A stretch of DNA of 64,000 bases. It comes from an uncultured delta proteobacterium (GTDB taxonomy: Bacteria > Desulfobacterota > Binatia > Binatales > Binataceae). The translations under genes were made by a program, and so were the position numbers. The notes under the pieces were generated by a model. It was not told the DNA's origin. It searched no databases and worked only from the letters and a program-made list of their open reading frames with translations. This document shows positions 10,839 to 20,024 of the stretch, in pieces; position 1 is the first letter of the stretch, and each line of letters starts with the position of its first letter. Location: NCBI GenBank assembly GCA_963808235.1, contig CAWEEQ010000004.1, positions 800,001-864,000 on the forward strand, written 5' to 3'.

Positions 10839-10942
10839 GATGCAAACTCCCTGTCACCGGCGAAGTGATTACGCCGGTGGACTTTGACTTGACTATAACC
10901 GCCCGCGAATATCGGGCGCGTGTTAGCGAATCTGAAGTTTGC

Positions 10943-11308
10943 TTACAGCGGGTCTTGGCTTTCCGCGCGCGAGGGGAGCAATTTGAATCGTCTTATGAAT
11001 GGCTGTACGGAAGGAGTCGCGAATCTGAACCTCGGTAAGGGCCTCACGGCCAGGTTGTCCGATACCGACGTCAAGTACTTCGGGAATGAAACATCAAGCG
11101 CTTGAGAGCCGGAATCGAGGTCGGGCTGACTTGACGAGGCCTTGGTGAATCTCTGTGCACCGCTAAGCCTATTCTGCTCGCACGATCCGCAAGACACGCG
11201 AAAGTGTGGAACCTGCAATCGAGGGGTGAAGGCCACGATGCTCGTCACGATGAGAACCGCGGCAACCAGTTGCAGATGTAGACGAGAAAACATTACTCCG
11301 ACGCTCAT
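10943..11308 (-). CDS. Small hypothetical protein with N-terminal hydrophobic segment
   Basis: ORF co-oriented upstream of the RND operon; LQLVAAVLIVTSIVAF segment; start uncertain (track gives 11386). Confidence 0.45.
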   Translation of the reverse strand: MSVGVMFSRLHLQLVAAVLIVTSIVAFTPRLQVPHFRVSCGSCEQNRLSGAQRFTKASSSQPDLDSGSQALDVSFPKYLTSVSDNLAVRPLPRFRFATPSVQPFIRRFKLLPSRAESQDPL

Positions 11309-11502
11309 CTTATCGTTCCGCATTTTCGAATGCAAAGCGGAAGAATCTTTCCGCGTCTCGCGAAGATTTCCGCATTCGGCAGACAACGTTTATTGCAGTC
11401 TGCCCTCTCGTTCAATCACGCCAGGAGCAGGTGCCAACTTTGCGGCGTATGATGTATACGTCGTGAAGCTTTTCAGAGACGCGAGTCCGAGCGCTGGGCC
11501 GG

Positions 11503-11958
11503 ATGCCCTTATTCAAGAAAATTCTTTGTCCTCTCGATTTCGATCAGAATTCGCTTCTGGCGCTCCAGGTTGCGACCGAACTGGCGCGGGAACGCAAAGC
11601 GACCCTCGATTTGCTGCACGTCGTCTCGATACCTTCCGGACCCGAGGTTGCGTTACCCTTCGCCAAAATGGAGAAGGCCGCACGAACCAGGCTTGAGCGG
11701 CTGGCGGGCCAAAAAATAGGCAGCAAAGTCTCCCATCGCGTCGACGTATCGATGGGCGATCCGGCCGCCGAGATCATTCATACCGCGAAAAAGTTGGATA
11801 CCGATCTTATTGTGATGGCAACCCACGGACGGAAAGGACTCCGTCACCTTGTGCTGGGAAGCGTAGCCGAACGCGTGGTGCGGGAAGCCCCGTGCCCGGT
11901 GCTCGCGATCAAGTCGAAAGCTCCGGCCGCGAAGATCAAAAGACCTCGATCGAAATAA
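11503..11958 (+). CDS. Universal stress protein
   Basis: KKILCPLDF...DLIVMATHGRKGLRHLVLGSVAERVVREAPCPVL. Confidence 0.92.
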   Translation: MPLFKKILCPLDFDQNSLLALQVATELARERKATLDLLHVVSIPSGPEVALPFAKMEKAARTRLERLAGQKIGSKVSHRVDVSMGDPAAEIIHTAKKLDTDLIVMATHGRKGLRHLVLGSVAERVVREAPCPVLAIKSKAPAAKIKRPRSK

Positions 11959-12162
11959 TTCGCTGTATGACGTCACAGCTCAAACGGTCGAAATCCTCGC
12001 GGTCGTCGCGAAATCAGAACTGTCGCGCTTTCCGCGGTTGGCAGAGAGGGCCAGGGGATCGAAATCTGGTTAAATTCAAGCCATGAGCGGTGATGAAGGG
12101 AATATGGGGATCCGCCAAAAGGGTTTCACTGATACAAGAGCAATAATGAGGCTGCTTAAGGC

Positions 12163-12191
12163 TTGACTAATTTCTTGTCTTGCTCCATAGT
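12163..12191 (+). promoter_or_regulatory. Putative sigma70 promoter of the first HTH gene
   Basis: TTGACT-N17-CATAGT about 45 bp upstream of ATG 12237. Confidence 0.4.
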
Positions 12192-12236
12192 GATGCTGCC
12201 ACCGAAAGGGCGGGCAAAAACGGGGAAGGTAGGATA

Positions 12237-12482
12237 ATGCAACGATCACGAGAAAATGATGAGACTCAGCCGGAATTCTATACTGTCGGCCAGCTCGCGG
12301 ACTTGCTCCAACTGACGCCGATGACGATATACCGGATGGTCAGACGCGGCGAGCTCGCCTGTCATGCGATCGGGCGAATCAAACGCTTTCGCCGCGGCGA
12401 CGTAGAGACGTTCCTCGAGAATTCCAGGCAGCCGGCCTCGGAAGCCACCGCGGCTCCGGCTCCTCGCCGTCTCGATGGCTGA
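12237..12482 (+). CDS. Excisionase/BldC-like HTH (HTH_17) DNA-binding protein, copy 1
   Basis: FYTVGQLADLLQLTPMTIYRMVRRGELACHAIGRIKRFRRGDVE. Confidence 0.88.
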   Translation: MQRSRENDETQPEFYTVGQLADLLQLTPMTIYRMVRRGELACHAIGRIKRFRRGDVETFLENSRQPASEATAAPAPRRLDG

Positions 12483-12746
12483 AGACTCTCGGCGAATAAG
12501 TTCCAGCAGCCCCTGAGATTACCGCTACTTCCTGAGCGCTCGCGGGTCAGTACGCGTTCGTGCCCGGCGGTAATTTTTCCCCCAGCTCTTTCCTCAAAAC
12601 AGATTCTGCGAACGAGTGTAACCACCAGTACAAACTGGTTGCAGGGAAGAGTCGCGTCTATAGAAGATGGAGGGCGAGCATTGTAGAAGCTTGACAGGAG
12701 CGTTGCATTCCCAAAGGATAGCGCAGCAGTCGATTACGGGGGAAAA

Positions 12747-12965
12747 ATGCAACGCTCACGTCCGAAAGAAGACGCCCAGCCCGAGTTCTACACCGTTGGA
12801 CAACTTGCCGATTTGCTGCAACTCACACCCATGACCATTTACCGCATGGTCAGGCGCGGCGAGTTGGCTTGTCACGCGATCGGTCGCATCAAGCGTTTCA
12901 GACGCGGCGATGTCGAGGCTTTTTTACAAAGCTCGAGGAAACCAGCGGCAAGCGCACCAAGCTAA
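12747..12965 (+). CDS. Excisionase/BldC-like HTH DNA-binding protein, copy 2
   Basis: 47-aa core identical to copy 1. Confidence 0.88.
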   Translation: MQRSRPKEDAQPEFYTVGQLADLLQLTPMTIYRMVRRGELACHAIGRIKRFRRGDVEAFLQSSRKPAASAPS

Positions 12966-13198
12966 GACTTGCTCGTCTTACGCTCGGCGCCTGAATCGCC
13001 GTTGGTTTGGTGTTCCGGTTCCCTGGCTACGCTCCCGCCCGCCGCGACCCATTGATCGACGACTGGCACTTCAAAGCGCAGATCCCGTCCAACTCTAATA
13101 GCCCGCAACTGGCCTCTTCGCACCAGCCTGCGAACGGTAGCCGGATTGACATGCAGGTAGTCGGAAACCTCACGCAATGTGAGCATCCTTGCTGGCAT
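12962..13198 (-). CDS. Excisionase/BldC-like HTH DNA-binding protein, copy 3 (divergent)
   Basis: MLTLREVSDYLHVNPATVRRLVRRGQLRAIRVGRDLRF; start uncertain (13198 or 13243). Confidence 0.85.
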   Translation of the reverse strand: MPARMLTLREVSDYLHVNPATVRRLVRRGQLRAIRVGRDLRFEVPVVDQWVAAGGSVAREPEHQTNGDSGAERKTSKS

Positions 13199-13609
13199 AT
13201 GCTCGCCCCTGGCTGACTCCATTCGACCCGGATTCATCCGCAAGCTCGCAAAAGTCTCATCAGGTTTGTCCTCGCCGTTTCGGTGACCGGAGGTGGCCGG
13301 AGGTCTCTAAATCTATTTGACTGTCTAATGCGCATTATCATTCAAATTACTTGACGACGACTCATCTATTGCTTGATGACCATCATCTGCTTTCTCAAAC
13401 GTAGCAAGATTTCAAAGACTAATCAAGCCATGAAAATATTGTCAAGTTAAGATAAAGCTGTTAGAATTCTAAAGCGTGGCATCTTTATTTACTTTATTTT
13501 ATGTCTCATTGCTTTGTTTATTCTTTTATGGTACAGTCTTACATAGCGTGCATCCCTTACGATTCATGCGTCGAATCGCGTACTGACCTGAGCAGTGAGA
13601 AAAAAAACC

Positions 13610-14335
13610 ATGAAACGAAAACTATTGGTCATAGCTCTTCTGTGTTGTGCGCAGCTTCTGTTCGGATGCTCCGCGAAGGACCCGGAGGCTACCGATATCA
13701 AGGGTGTGTCGATGGCGCCGGTGTCGCCTGCCTGCCAATTCACTTCGGTCGACGACCAGTTTCGATCATACCGGATTCAGCCGGGCGACCAGCTCGACAT
13801 CAGTTTTTATATGAGCCCCGAGTTTGACCAGGACCTGACCGTACGACCCGACGGCGACATCTCGATGCCGGTGGTCGGCAATATTCACGTGCAGGGACTA
13901 ACCCCGGTCGGGCTCGAGAAGAATCTCAATCAGCTCTATTCGCAGGAGTTGAAAGATCCGAAGACCACGGTCCGCATCGACAAGAGTCCAAGCCAGGTCG
14001 TGTACGTCGAGGGCCAGGTTGGCAAACCCGGCGCGGTGCCGCTGCAGCCCGGGATGACCGCGATCCAGGCGATCGCCGCGTCGGGCGGAATGAACGATAA
14101 CGCCGGACCGAGCCGGGTGATTCTCATAAGACGCGACGCGTGCGGGAACGCGCACGGGCAGCCTCTCAAGCTCGACAAAGTGCTGAACCAGAAAAATAAC
14201 GAAGAAGATGTGGCGCTGCTGCCTTCGGACATCGTGGTCGTACCGCGCAGCGGGATTGCCCAATTCGATCTCGACGTGAAGCAGTACGTGCGCGACGCGA
14301 TGCCGGTCGAAGTCTACGCCGCGCCGCCATTTTGA
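13610..14335 (+). CDS. wza: Polysaccharide export lipoprotein (Wza/OPX family)
   Basis: Lipobox LFGC; YRIQPGDQLDI, VRPDGDISMP, VYVEGQVGKPG, SLBB domain. Confidence 0.88.
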   Translation: MKRKLLVIALLCCAQLLFGCSAKDPEATDIKGVSMAPVSPACQFTSVDDQFRSYRIQPGDQLDISFYMSPEFDQDLTVRPDGDISMPVVGNIHVQGLTPVGLEKNLNQLYSQELKDPKTTVRIDKSPSQVVYVEGQVGKPGAVPLQPGMTAIQAIAASGGMNDNAGPSRVILIRRDACGNAHGQPLKLDKVLNQKNNEEDVALLPSDIVVVPRSGIAQFDLDVKQYVRDAMPVEVYAAPPF

Positions 14336-14345
14336 GCCGAGTGGG

Positions 14346-15869
14346 ATGAATCAGATGAACAACGAAGCTGTAATGCAGTGGATAGAGAAGATATTCCGGC
14401 GCCGGGCGTTGGCGCTCCGGATAGGCCTGCTGGTCTTCGGCGTAATCGCGCTGGGCTCGATCATGTGGCCCCCGAGCTACGCGTCGTCGTCGAAAATCCT
14501 GGTTCAATCCAACCGCGCGCAACTGCTGGTCTCGCCCGGGCTGAAGGAAGACGCCGCCAATCAATCGACCCAAACGGTTCCGGTGGCGGAGCAGGACCTC
14601 AACTCGGAGGTCGAGCTGCTGACCAGTCCGTTCCTTATTAAGCAGGCGCTCGCGGGGATGAAGCTCAATCAACGCAAGGGCGGCGTGATCGCGGGAATGC
14701 GAAACATTGTCGACGCGGTCGTCAGCGTCCCGACAGACGTGTACACGGTGCTGCACGGAGGCCCCAGCGCGACTGCGAACCAGGACGAGATTCAGAAAAT
14801 CGTGAATCATCTCAGCGCGGACGTGATCAAGCGCTCGAATGTTATCGAGGTTTCGATTGTCTCGCACGATCCCGCGTGGGCGAAAGCGTTTCTCTCGCAA
14901 TTGATGACTTCATACCTGAACCTGCACGGGCAGTTGTCGCAGAATCCGCAGGCGCAGGCATTTTTCCAGCAGCAGCGCGCGCTGCTCGATCAGCGCCTCC
15001 AGGACTCAGAGAAGGAGTTGCGCGCGGCGCAACTGCAGACCGGAATCGCTCAATTCAGCGAGCAGCAGCAGGCGCTCATCAACCAGGTGTCCGCCGCCGA
15101 GGCGAACTATCGCACCACCAGCGCCTCTCTGGATTCCAAGCTGCAGCAGATCAGGAGCCAGGAAGCCGAGTTGAAGCAGACTCCGCAGCGTCAGACCAAG
15201 GAATCGAAGTCGGTCCAGAACATGGCGCTCAGCCAGTTGAAGCCGCAGATGCTTCAACTCGAAACCGAGCGTGCCGAGTTGTTGAGCCGCTATCAGCCCA
15301 CCAGCGAGAGAATCCGTGCGATCGACGCCAAGCTGAAAGCCGGCCAAATCATCCTGAGCCGCGAAGATAAGACCAACGTCCAGGAAACCACCACCGATGT
15401 GAATCCGACCTGGCAGGCGCTCGATGCCGATTTGGCCAAAGCGCGGGCCGAAGCCGCGTCGGATAAGGCGGCGCAGACCACTGAAGCGGCGCAAGTCGCA
15501 ACGTTACAGAATCAGCTCAAACAGATGACCACGGATGGAGTCGAGATCGAACGCCTGCAGCGCAAAGTCGATAGCGACAAGGAAGCGTACATGTCGTACG
15601 TGCGCAAGGGCGAGGAGGCCCGCGCGGCCGAGGCTCTTAACCAAAGCCGGATCCTGAACGTGAGCGTGGTGCAGGATCCGACCACTCCGATCGATCCGGT
15701 GTCGCCGCGAATCCGGTTGAATCTGATCGCCGGGCTCCTGTTTGCCCTGATGCTGGCGGTCGCCGCGGCGCACTGGACCGAGGAATACGATCCCAAGATT
15801 TGTTCGACCGCGTCGATATTCAAGGACACCGGGCTCAGCACGGTCGCGATCCTCGACGACAGGTTGTAG
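14346..15869 (+). CDS. Polysaccharide co-polymerase / chain-length determinant (GumC/Wzc N-terminal type)
   Basis: N- and C-terminal TM helices, long Q-rich coiled coil, DPTTPIDPVSPR motif; no fused kinase. Confidence 0.85.
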   Translation: MNQMNNEAVMQWIEKIFRRRALALRIGLLVFGVIALGSIMWPPSYASSSKILVQSNRAQLLVSPGLKEDAANQSTQTVPVAEQDLNSEVELLTSPFLIKQALAGMKLNQRKGGVIAGMRNIVDAVVSVPTDVYTVLHGGPSATANQDEIQKIVNHLSADVIKRSNVIEVSIVSHDPAWAKAFLSQLMTSYLNLHGQLSQNPQAQAFFQQQRALLDQRLQDSEKELRAAQLQTGIAQFSEQQQALINQVSAAEANYRTTSASLDSKLQQIRSQEAELKQTPQRQTKESKSVQNMALSQLKPQMLQLETERAELLSRYQPTSERIRAIDAKLKAGQIILSREDKTNVQETTTDVNPTWQALDADLAKARAEAASDKAAQTTEAAQVATLQNQLKQMTTDGVEIERLQRKVDSDKEAYMSYVRKGEEARAAEALNQSRILNVSVVQDPTTPIDPVSPRIRLNLIAGLLFALMLAVAAAHWTEEYDPKICSTASIFKDTGLSTVAILDDRL

Positions 15870-15874
15870 CCGAT

Positions 15875-17458
15875 ATGTATTACGAACACTTCAGACTTAG
15901 CGGCGCTCCCTTCGAGTTCAATCCCTCGGCGTCGGTGCTCTTCATGAGCGCGGGGCATCGCGAAGGATTGGCGGCGCTCGAGTGGGGACTGTCCGAGCCG
16001 AGCGGATTCACGATGCTGGTCGGCGAGATCGGGACCGGCAAGACCACGCTCATCTACTCGCTGCTCGCGACGCGGCATCAGGGCGTCCGGACCGCGTGGG
16101 TGGCGAATCCGCGCTTAAGCTTCGAAGACATGATGCGCCAGATTTTGGGCCAGCTGGGCGCAGTTGCGCCGGAGACGTCGGGCAAGCTCGCGCTGCTGCA
16201 GGCGTTCGACGCGCAGCTCGCGAGCCATGGGCTCGAAGAGTGCGTGGCGGTGATTGTCGACGAGGCGCAGGACCTGAGCGACGACGCGCTGGAAGATCTG
16301 CGCCTGTTGACCAACTTTCAATCGCTCGAGCGCAGACGCCTGCAAATAGTGCTGGTCGGTCAGCTCGATCTCGCCAGAAGGCTGGGGCGGCCGCAACTGC
16401 GCCAACTGAATCAGCGAATCGGTGCGCGCGCGCTGTTGCCGACTCTGCAGGACCGGGAGATTTACGACTACGTCGAATACCGGCTGCGCTCGCGCGGCGG
16501 AGATATCGAGAACCTGTTCACGCGGAGCGCGATGCGGGAGCTCGCGCGCGCGAGCGGCGGAATCCCGCGGCGGATCAACATGCTTTGCCACAACGCGATG
16601 CTGCAGGCATACGCGGACGGCGAGCAATTCGTCGCCGAAAAGCATGTGCGTGCCGCCGCCAGCGACTACGATAATTTGCTGGTCGGCAAAGATTCGGCGT
16701 CCGCGAAGATGGCCGCATCGGCGAGCGCGGCGATGCAATCCGCGAGCACAAAGATACGGTCGGCGAGCGCGTCGATGCATTCATCGGCGGTCTCGATGGC
16801 GCCGGCGATGCGTTCGGGCGCGACCAAGGCGGTTCGCGCGTTGAGCGCGGCGGCAACATTCGGGGCGCTGAGCTTGCTCGGCGTAGCGGTAGTCGGATTT
16901 TGCGAGATGCAGCCGGTGCACAATGATCTTTCCGCGCTGGTCAGGAAATTCGAATCGAAAGCGGCGAGTTTCAGAAGGCCAATCGTGGTGCAGCGGGCGC
17001 CGGCGCAGTTCGTGACCGGTTCGTCCCCGGCGACCGTTCCGGCGCCGAACACAATTGGTTCGGCTCCAGCGGCCGTTCATGACAGCACCGCCCCGGGCGC
17101 CCACGAATTGAGTACGCGCGGACACCTCAGGGGTCTTTCGGCGACTGGCCGGCGGGTTCCAGTCAAGCCGCAACCTGAAGCGAGCGCCGTTCCCAATATT
17201 TTGCCGGTGACGTTGTCGCCGGTCGGAAATATTTCCGCATCTCCGGATTCTTCGACGAAACCAGATGACGGCGCCTTGCGCACCGACTCGACCATTTTGG
17301 TCAGGGCGGGCGACTCGCTCAGCAAGATAGCGATGAGAATCTATGGTTCGTTCGGAGCCGATGAAGTTAAGCGATTGACCGCGGCGAATCCGCAAATCAA
17401 GGACGCGAACGTGATCTATCCCGGTCAGTCTATTCACGTGCAGCAAGCTACCAAATGA
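15875..17458 (+). CDS. ExeA-type AAA ATPase with TM segment and C-terminal LysM domain
   Basis: MYYEHFRLSGAPF, GEIGTGKTT, IVDEAQDL, QIVLVGQ, SGGIPRRINMLC; LysM VRAGDSLSKIA...ANPQIKDANVIYPGQ. Confidence 0.88.
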   Translation: MYYEHFRLSGAPFEFNPSASVLFMSAGHREGLAALEWGLSEPSGFTMLVGEIGTGKTTLIYSLLATRHQGVRTAWVANPRLSFEDMMRQILGQLGAVAPETSGKLALLQAFDAQLASHGLEECVAVIVDEAQDLSDDALEDLRLLTNFQSLERRRLQIVLVGQLDLARRLGRPQLRQLNQRIGARALLPTLQDREIYDYVEYRLRSRGGDIENLFTRSAMRELARASGGIPRRINMLCHNAMLQAYADGEQFVAEKHVRAAASDYDNLLVGKDSASAKMAASASAAMQSASTKIRSASASMHSSAVSMAPAMRSGATKAVRALSAAATFGALSLLGVAVVGFCEMQPVHNDLSALVRKFESKAASFRRPIVVQRAPAQFVTGSSPATVPAPNTIGSAPAAVHDSTAPGAHELSTRGHLRGLSATGRRVPVKPQPEASAVPNILPVTLSPVGNISASPDSSTKPDDGALRTDSTILVRAGDSLSKIAMRIYGSFGADEVKRLTAANPQIKDANVIYPGQSIHVQQATK

Positions 17459-17476
17459 CGAACTTAGGTGTGACCC

Positions 17477-18337
17477 ATGAGTAGATACTTTCAGGCAATG
17501 GAACGCCGCAAGAACGGAATGGTTCCGTTAACTGATTCCAGGATAGGTGATGCGAGAATCGCTGATTCCAACTTCGCTGATTCGAAGGTCGTTGAGTCGA
17601 AGATCATCGATTCCAAGATCATCGAGACCAAGACCAAGCCGTTCTCACACTCACAGGCTGTAGCGCGAACTCAGCCGATGGCGCTTCCGTCTGTTTCGGA
17701 GCCGCAAGGGTTGCTCGATACGCTCGCATGCTGCCATTCGATGCGCAGCTTGAGCGAGCAGCTGGCGGCGGCGAGCGCGCACAATGGCCCTGCGCGAATA
17801 CTCATGACCGGATGCCGGCCGGGCGACGGCGTATCCACCGTGGCTGCGGCGATGGCGCTCGACATAAGTCAGCGCCTGGCGGCGCGGACAGTGCTGGTAG
17901 AAGGACAGCCGCGAGTCACGATGATGCATCCGTTCTTCGCGCGCTCTTGCGCGCCAACTCCCGCGACGATCACGAGCGCGTCGATCGCCGTGCAAGGAAC
18001 CGGATATCCGCGGCTCGAGACGGCGCGGCCGGAGCAGTTGGCGCTAGCGGACCAACCGGCACGGCTGGTGGAAGATCTGGACGAATTACTTATGCGCTAT
18101 CGCCTGGCGGTTATAGATCTCGGCGTAGTGCGTTTGGACCCACGAATGTTAGCGCTGGCGCGGCCCACCGATCCGATCCTGATTGTGGCCCGACATCTGC
18201 ATACAGATCGAGCGGAAATGATCGCGACGGCAAACATCCTGCGCTCTACCGGACATCCCGTAGCTGGGGTGATTCTGAATGGATACAAGTCGCCGTTGCC
18301 ATCGCTGGTTCGCCGCCTTGTTGGAATGGAGGAATAA
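17477..18337 (+). CDS. CpsD/CapB BY-kinase-like protein with degenerate Walker motifs
   Basis: ILMTGCRPGDGVSTVA, VLVEGQPR, AVIDLG, VAGVILN; position in EPS operon. Confidence 0.7.
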   Translation: MSRYFQAMERRKNGMVPLTDSRIGDARIADSNFADSKVVESKIIDSKIIETKTKPFSHSQAVARTQPMALPSVSEPQGLLDTLACCHSMRSLSEQLAAASAHNGPARILMTGCRPGDGVSTVAAAMALDISQRLAARTVLVEGQPRVTMMHPFFARSCAPTPATITSASIAVQGTGYPRLETARPEQLALADQPARLVEDLDELLMRYRLAVIDLGVVRLDPRMLALARPTDPILIVARHLHTDRAEMIATANILRSTGHPVAGVILNGYKSPLPSLVRRLVGMEE

Positions 18338-18340
18338 GCA

Positions 18341-19462
18341 ATGGAAGATCTTATCTCGCACAATGGTACTCTAGCCGGTTCACACAACGGCATTCACGCG
18401 CCATCAAGTGTGCCTACCTACTCAACTCGGCGCCAAATGCGCGGGATTGCGATTGTTGGGCTCGGCTACTGGGGGCCCAACTGGGTGAGAAATTTTTCCC
18501 AGATACAGGGAATCGACCATGTCGTGTGCTGTGACTTCAGCCGCCCGCGGCTCGATCACATCAAGGGACGTTACCCATCGGTAGTCATTACCGACCAGCT
18601 AGACCGGGTGCTCACCGATCCCGCGATCGACGCGGTCGTAGTTGCTACGCCGGTTAACACTCACTTTGAGATAGCAAGTCGATGCCTGAAGGCAGGTAAG
18701 TCGACGCTGGTCGAGAAGCCACTGGCTACCTCATGCGACCAGGCAGAGCTTCTAATAAAGATGGCGCGCGAGCGCGATCTGACGCTTATGGCGGGCCACA
18801 CCTTCGAGTACAGCGCGCCGGTGGTGAAGATTCGCGAGCTGATCGACAGCGGCGAGCTCGGCGATATTTTCTACATCAGCTCGGTGCGCGCGAATCTCGG
18901 GCTCTTTCGCCGCGACGTCAACGTGGCCTGGGATCTGGCTACGCACGACATCTCGATCATCCTGATGCTGCTGGGCGAGATGCCGCTTGAGGTGACTTGC
19001 CAGGGCGAGAGCCACTATCACGATCACGTCGAAGACGTTGCGCTGCTCACGCTTCGCTTTGCCAACAACGTGATCGCTTTCGTGCACGTTAGCTGGCTCG
19101 ATCCGAACAAGATTCGGCGCACAACTATAGTAGGTTCGCGCAAGATGCTGGTGTACGACGACACGGCGTTGCAGGAAAAAGTCCGCGTCTACGATAAGGG
19201 CGTCACCAAGCATCCTTACTACGACACTTATGGAGACTTTCAGCTTTCATATCGTTACGGCGACGTGAATATCCCGCGGATCGACGACCCGGAGCCGCTC
19301 AAGGTGGAATGCGATCACTTTATTGAATGCATCAAGAGCGGGATTGCACCGAACAGCGACGGACTGAGCGGACTTAGAGTAGTGAAGGTGCTGGAAGCAG
19401 CCGACCGTTCGCTCAAGAGTCACGGAAGGCCGATAGCGCTTACTCCAACCAGGGTGAACTAG
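18341..19462 (+). CDS. Gfo/Idh/MocA oxidoreductase (WbpB-like nucleotide-sugar 3-dehydrogenase)
   Basis: VGLGYWGPN, VEKPLA, GHTFEY, WDLATHD, SWLDPNKIR. Confidence 0.88.
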   Translation: MEDLISHNGTLAGSHNGIHAPSSVPTYSTRRQMRGIAIVGLGYWGPNWVRNFSQIQGIDHVVCCDFSRPRLDHIKGRYPSVVITDQLDRVLTDPAIDAVVVATPVNTHFEIASRCLKAGKSTLVEKPLATSCDQAELLIKMARERDLTLMAGHTFEYSAPVVKIRELIDSGELGDIFYISSVRANLGLFRRDVNVAWDLATHDISIILMLLGEMPLEVTCQGESHYHDHVEDVALLTLRFANNVIAFVHVSWLDPNKIRRTTIVGSRKMLVYDDTALQEKVRVYDKGVTKHPYYDTYGDFQLSYRYGDVNIPRIDDPEPLKVECDHFIECIKSGIAPNSDGLSGLRVVKVLEAADRSLKSHGRPIALTPTRVN

Positions 19463-19494
19463 CACACACCACTTAGATGTAGCACTGAAAGAAT

Positions 19495-20007
19495 GTGAGA
19501 ACTGAGATGTCACCGCACGAACTACCACCCAACGTATGCGCCTCGGCCGACGTGATCCTGGGCGAGGAGGTCCAATTAGCACCTTTCGTAAATCTATACG
19601 GATGCAGCGTCGGAGACGCGTCGCGAATCGGCGCCTTCGTGGAAGTTCAGCGCGACGCGCACATCGGCAAGCGCTGCAAGATATCGAGTCACACTTTCAT
19701 TTGTTCCGGCGTCACTATTGAAGATGAGGTTTTCATCGGTCACGGGGTGCTGTTCATCAACGATCGGCATCCACGCGCGACCAACCCCGACGGCACCTCC
19801 AAGACCCCGGACGATTGGGTGATGGAGCGCACTTACGTGCGGCGCGGCGCCTCGATTGGGAGCGGTGCGATCATCATGTGCGGCGTCGAGATTGGCGCGA
19901 GATCGATGGTCGCAGCCGGTGCGCTAGTGACCAGTGACGTTCCCGCGCGAGCAACTGTCCTAGGTATACCGGCACGTCTATATACCGGCCAGCGCCGGTC
20001 CGCATAG
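19495..20007 (+). CDS. Hexapeptide-repeat acyltransferase (WbpD-like)
   Basis: IGAFVEVQ, IGKRCKISSHTFIC, GASIGSGA, VTSDVP. Confidence 0.88.
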   Translation: MRTEMSPHELPPNVCASADVILGEEVQLAPFVNLYGCSVGDASRIGAFVEVQRDAHIGKRCKISSHTFICSGVTIEDEVFIGHGVLFINDRHPRATNPDGTSKTPDDWVMERTYVRRGASIGSGAIIMCGVEIGARSMVAAGALVTSDVPARATVLGIPARLYTGQRRSA

Positions 20008-20024
20008 ATCAGGAGTCGAACGAG

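Noticed and set aside
12237-13243. Prophage or ICE suggested by excisionase-like genes
   Set aside because: No integrase, replication, conjugation or virion genes anywhere in the window.
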